DNA of 7,101 nucleotides from an uncultured Erysipelotrichaceae bacterium (GTDB taxonomy: Bacteria; Bacillota_I; Bacilli_A; Erysipelotrichales; Erysipelotrichaceae). The notes under the pieces are model-generated. The model saw nothing but the letters and a program-made list of their open reading frames with translations. It was not told the DNA's origin and made no database searches. This document shows, one piece after another, positions 6,857 through 7,101 of this stretch (position 1 is its first letter; each line of letters starts with the position of its first letter). The stretch covers positions 1 to 7,101 of the forward strand of contig CAYNZZ010000024.1 of the NCBI GenBank assembly GCA_964401865.1. Reading direction: 5' to 3'. A program made the translations under genes and the position numbers.

Positions 6857-6908
6857 TGAAGATCGACATAATTATTCTTTTTCTTTGGATTTCGTAAACG
6901 ATATACGA
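6551..6908 (+). other. Cna-B/SpaA-like stalk module spanning the frame break
   Basis: IQIQNIKNHNLFLANYDVKIYTDKDVLYRTLRSDENGNIDVNDFEVGEYYYEI...ICETKTPNGYDYVSDPMSIY in the original frame, then SEDRHNYSFSLDFVNDIR in the +1 frame. The terminal strand with the conserved Asn is reachable only after the shift. Confidence 0.6.
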
Positions 6909-7100
6909 GTAGTTGATATCGTATTATATAAAACTAATACCAATAGAAGTATTTTATTAGATGGTGCAATTTTCGAGGTTACAAAAATTCCATATAAATT
7001 GCAAGAACATTTAAAAAATAAGGATGAATTGTTACCGCAAGCGAAAGAAAAATATATTACTGGTGGTTTGATTATCGAAAATAGAGATGACTATAAATAC
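6855..7100 (+). CDS. Continuation of the same surface-protein gene in the +1 frame (3' end outside the window). Together with 4781-6856 it forms a frameshifted gene, pseudogene or sequencing artefact.
   Basis: The +1 frame is open from 6795 to the window end. It reads ...SEDRHNYSFSLDFVNDIRVVDIVLYKTNTNRSILLDGAIFEVTKIPYK... This supplies the missing last strand (x-F-V-N-D) of the interrupted module and the start of another module. LYKTNTNRSILLDGAIFEV parallels IRKTNTNGEKIYGAEFTIY at 5867-5923. There is no RBS or signal peptide for an independent gene. Confidence 0.75.
6909..7100 (+). other. Next Cna-B/SpaA-like module (partial, runs off the window)
   Basis: VVDIVLYKTNTNRSILLDGAIFEVTKIP... repeats the K-T-N-T-N...G-A-x-F-x-hydrophobic opening also seen at 5858-5930. 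Confidence 0.6.
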
Positions 7101-7101
7101 A

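Noticed and set aside
6845-6860. Programmed +1 ribosomal frameshift (prfB-like) at the adhesin frame break
   Set aside because: The A-site stop (UAU UAG U) superficially resembles a +1 shift site. However, there is no slippery P-site codon that re-pairs in +1, no upstream SD-like stimulator and no precedent for this gene class. A simple 1-nt indel or assembly error is more parsimonious.
6816-7100. Independent small gene starting at ATG 6816, 6822 or 6828 in the +1 frame
   Set aside because: There is no SD upstream. The N-terminus MVMIMYLTPCQF is out-of-frame translation of the conserved ETKTPNGYDYVSDP segment. Meaningful similarity begins only after the break point, so this is a continuation of the adhesin and not a separate gene.
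1-7101. CRISPR arrays, tRNA/rRNA/ncRNA genes, IS elements, integrases, long direct or inverted DNA repeats
   Set aside because: The intergenic spaces are only about 25-55 nt and are accounted for by RBSs and hairpins. The only repetition found is protein-level module similarity inside the adhesin gene (the K-T-N-T-N...G-A-x-F openings at ~5867 and ~6930). No transposase or recombinase-like ORF occurs in any frame.

Overview
AT-rich window with every supported gene on the + strand. It looks like a low-GC Bacillota-type genome using standard code 11: TGA is used as a stop at 1659-1661 and 4731-4733, and Trp is TGG. The presence of mltG implies a peptidoglycan wall. Positions 1-4062 are a conserved housekeeping block: alaS (3' part), ireB/yrzL, ruvX, DUF1292/yrzB, mltG, udk, greA. 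This is the same order as the Bacillus subtilis alaS...greA region, but without yrrM/N/O between mltG and udk. From ireB to udk the genes abut or overlap, which suggests translational coupling. Hairpins follow alaS and greA. Positions 4116-7101 look accessory. They hold a 205-aa exported or anchored protein with an Ig-like C-terminus, followed by a large surface protein (more than 770 aa visible) that carries a signal peptide. That protein has an N-terminal domain with Cys/Gln motifs reminiscent of the internal-thioester domains of Gram-positive adhesins, then Cna-B/SpaA-like stalk modules. Its reading frame breaks at about 6848-6856: TAG, TGA and TAA occur within six codons in the original frame. 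The protein clearly continues in the +1 frame to the window edge. I found no rRNA, tRNA, CRISPR array, IS element or integrase. I see no convincing evidence for a wholly new multi-gene system. The parts most worth follow-up are the frame-broken putative thioester/Cna-B adhesin, its unassigned central segment, and the small Ig-like neighbour.
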